Assembly (NCBI GenBank): GCA_033762915.1 | Contig: JANRLD010000022.1 | Location: 1-29,319, forward strand | DNA: 29,319 bases | From: Meiothermus sp. | GTDB lineage: Bacteria; Deinococcota; Deinococci; Deinococcales; Thermaceae | Direction of reading: 5' to 3' | In this document: in pieces, positions 28,119-29,319 of the stretch | How the letters are laid out: each line of letters begins with the position of its first letter | Numbering within the stretch: position 1 is the first letter of the stretch | Made by a program: the position numbers and the translations under genes | The notes under the pieces: model-generated | The model's database searches: none | What the model was told of the DNA's origin: nothing | The model's input: only the letters and a program-made list of their open reading frames with translations

Positions 28119-29180
28119 ATGATGAAGCTGAGCGACCTGAGCATCCTCGATGGGGCGGAGTCCCGCTCGATCAGCCCCGAGAACTTCCGCGGCGAGAAGG
28201 GGAAGGGCGGCATGGCCACGACCGGGACTGGCGAGGGCTACGCCCGTGACCTGGGGCCGGGCTGGAAGATATCCCCATCTGTGAAGATCGCCGCCGGTCA
28301 GACCTTCGATCTGGCCGATATAGATGGCCCCGGAACTATCGAACAGATCTGGATGACCCCCACTGGGAACTGGCGCTTCAGCATCCTGCGCATCTACTGG
28401 GACGACCAGACCCACCCCTCGGTGGAGTGTCCGGTGGGCGACTTCTTCGCCTGCGGCTGGGGCAAATTTGCCCCGCTCTCCTCGCTGGCGGTGTGCGTCA
28501 ACCCGGGCAGCGCTTTCAACTGCTACTGGCCGATGCCCTTCCGCCAGCGCTGCCGCATCACCCTGGAGAACATTGCCGAGGAAGAGATGCTGCTGTTCTA
28601 TCAGATCAACTACGCACTGGGGCCGGTGGACGAGAACGCGGCGTACTTCCACGCCCAGTTCCGTCGGGTCAACCCGCTTCCCTACAAGGAGGTCTACACC
28701 ATTGTGGACGGGGTGCGGGGCAGGGGTCGGTACGTGGGCACCTACATGGCCTGGGGGGTCAACAACTCCGGCTGGTGGGGGGAGGGCGAGGTTAAGTTCT
28801 ATCTCGACGGCGACCGGGAGTTTCCCACCATCTGCGGCACCGGCACCGAGGACTACTTCTGCGGCTCCTACAACTTCGAGAACAAGGAGATCCGGCAGTA
28901 CCAGGAGTTCTGCACCCCCTACGCCGGGCTGCCCCAGATCCTGCGCCCGGACGGGGTGTACAAATCCCAGACCCGCTTCGGGCTCTACCGCTGGCACCTC
29001 ACCGACCCCGTCCGTTTCCGCGAGGAGTTGCGGGTGACCGTACAGGCCCTGGGGTGGCGCAGCGGCGGCCGCTACCTCCCGCTGCAGGACGATATCGCCT
29101 CGGTGGCCTACTGGTTCCAGACCTTACCCGGCCAGCCTTTCCCGCCGCTGCCGGACAAGGACTACCTCGAGATTATCTAA
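28119..29180 (+). CDS. DUF2961 / GH172-family glycoside hydrolase
   Basis: SRSISPEN, IWMT, PVGDFF, NCYWPMPF, WWGEGE, GTGTEDYF and YRWH..DP. RBS GGAGG. Confidence 0.9.
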   Translation: MMKLSDLSILDGAESRSISPENFRGEKGKGGMATTGTGEGYARDLGPGWKISPSVKIAAGQTFDLADIDGPGTIEQIWMTPTGNWRFSILRIYWDDQTHPSVECPVGDFFACGWGKFAPLSSLAVCVNPGSAFNCYWPMPFRQRCRITLENIAEEEMLLFYQINYALGPVDENAAYFHAQFRRVNPLPYKEVYTIVDGVRGRGRYVGTYMAWGVNNSGWWGEGEVKFYLDGDREFPTICGTGTEDYFCGSYNFENKEIRQYQEFCTPYAGLPQILRPDGVYKSQTRFGLYRWHLTDPVRFREELRVTVQALGWRSGGRYLPLQDDIASVAYWFQTLPGQPFPPLPDKDYLEII

Positions 29181-29319
29181 CGTCAGTTCGGAGATAGAAA
29201 AGTAGGAAAAAAGCTGTTGAGCAAAGGAAGACCCCCGTATAGGCTAAGGGTGCAGCCTAGCAACTGCCCAAAACCTAAAGGAGGTCGAGATGAGTTTATC
29301 TCTACTTGAGTTGTTTTGT
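29180..29319 (+). mobile_element. Left end of a probable IS982-family element (transposase start at 29290, truncated by the window end)
   Basis: ACGTCAGTTCGG end-like sequence, AAAGGAGG RBS, then MSLSLLELFC, which resembles IS982 transposase N-termini (L.ELFC.VDDF). Only 10 codons are visible. Confidence 0.6.

Noticed and set aside
27905..28249. 114-aa ORF as a partner of the Ntn/SEC-C gene
   Set aside because: Weak TTG start with no RBS, out-of-frame overlap with GH172, and no recognisable motif.

Overview
GC-rich chromosomal window, most consistent with Deinococcus-Thermus and probably Meiothermus-like (carH/litR-ldrP-crtB light module, many leaderless starts, strong CTCGAG excess). It holds about 30 CDS: an AttH/CrtC-like lipoprotein; a nitroreductase + type III PKS + ICMT-methyltransferase cluster; a degenerate AroE-like protein; housekeeping genes (dnaJ, mutM, miaA, Hsp20, class A PBP, ppk2); a DUF1800/DUF1501 pair; and a DUF2961/GH172 glycosidase. 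The window ends inside a probable IS982-family element. Most notable: (1) an AT-rich orphan gene (26909-27874) whose N-terminus has exact proteasome beta-subunit Thr1/Asp17/Lys33 spacing and which is fused to a SEC-C metal-binding motif; (2) two copies of a ~115-bp structured MITE-like element, one splitting a hairpin and the other carrying a second 101-bp MITE with 15-bp TIRs and a 6-bp target duplication. All calls come from motif reading by eye; no database searches were run.
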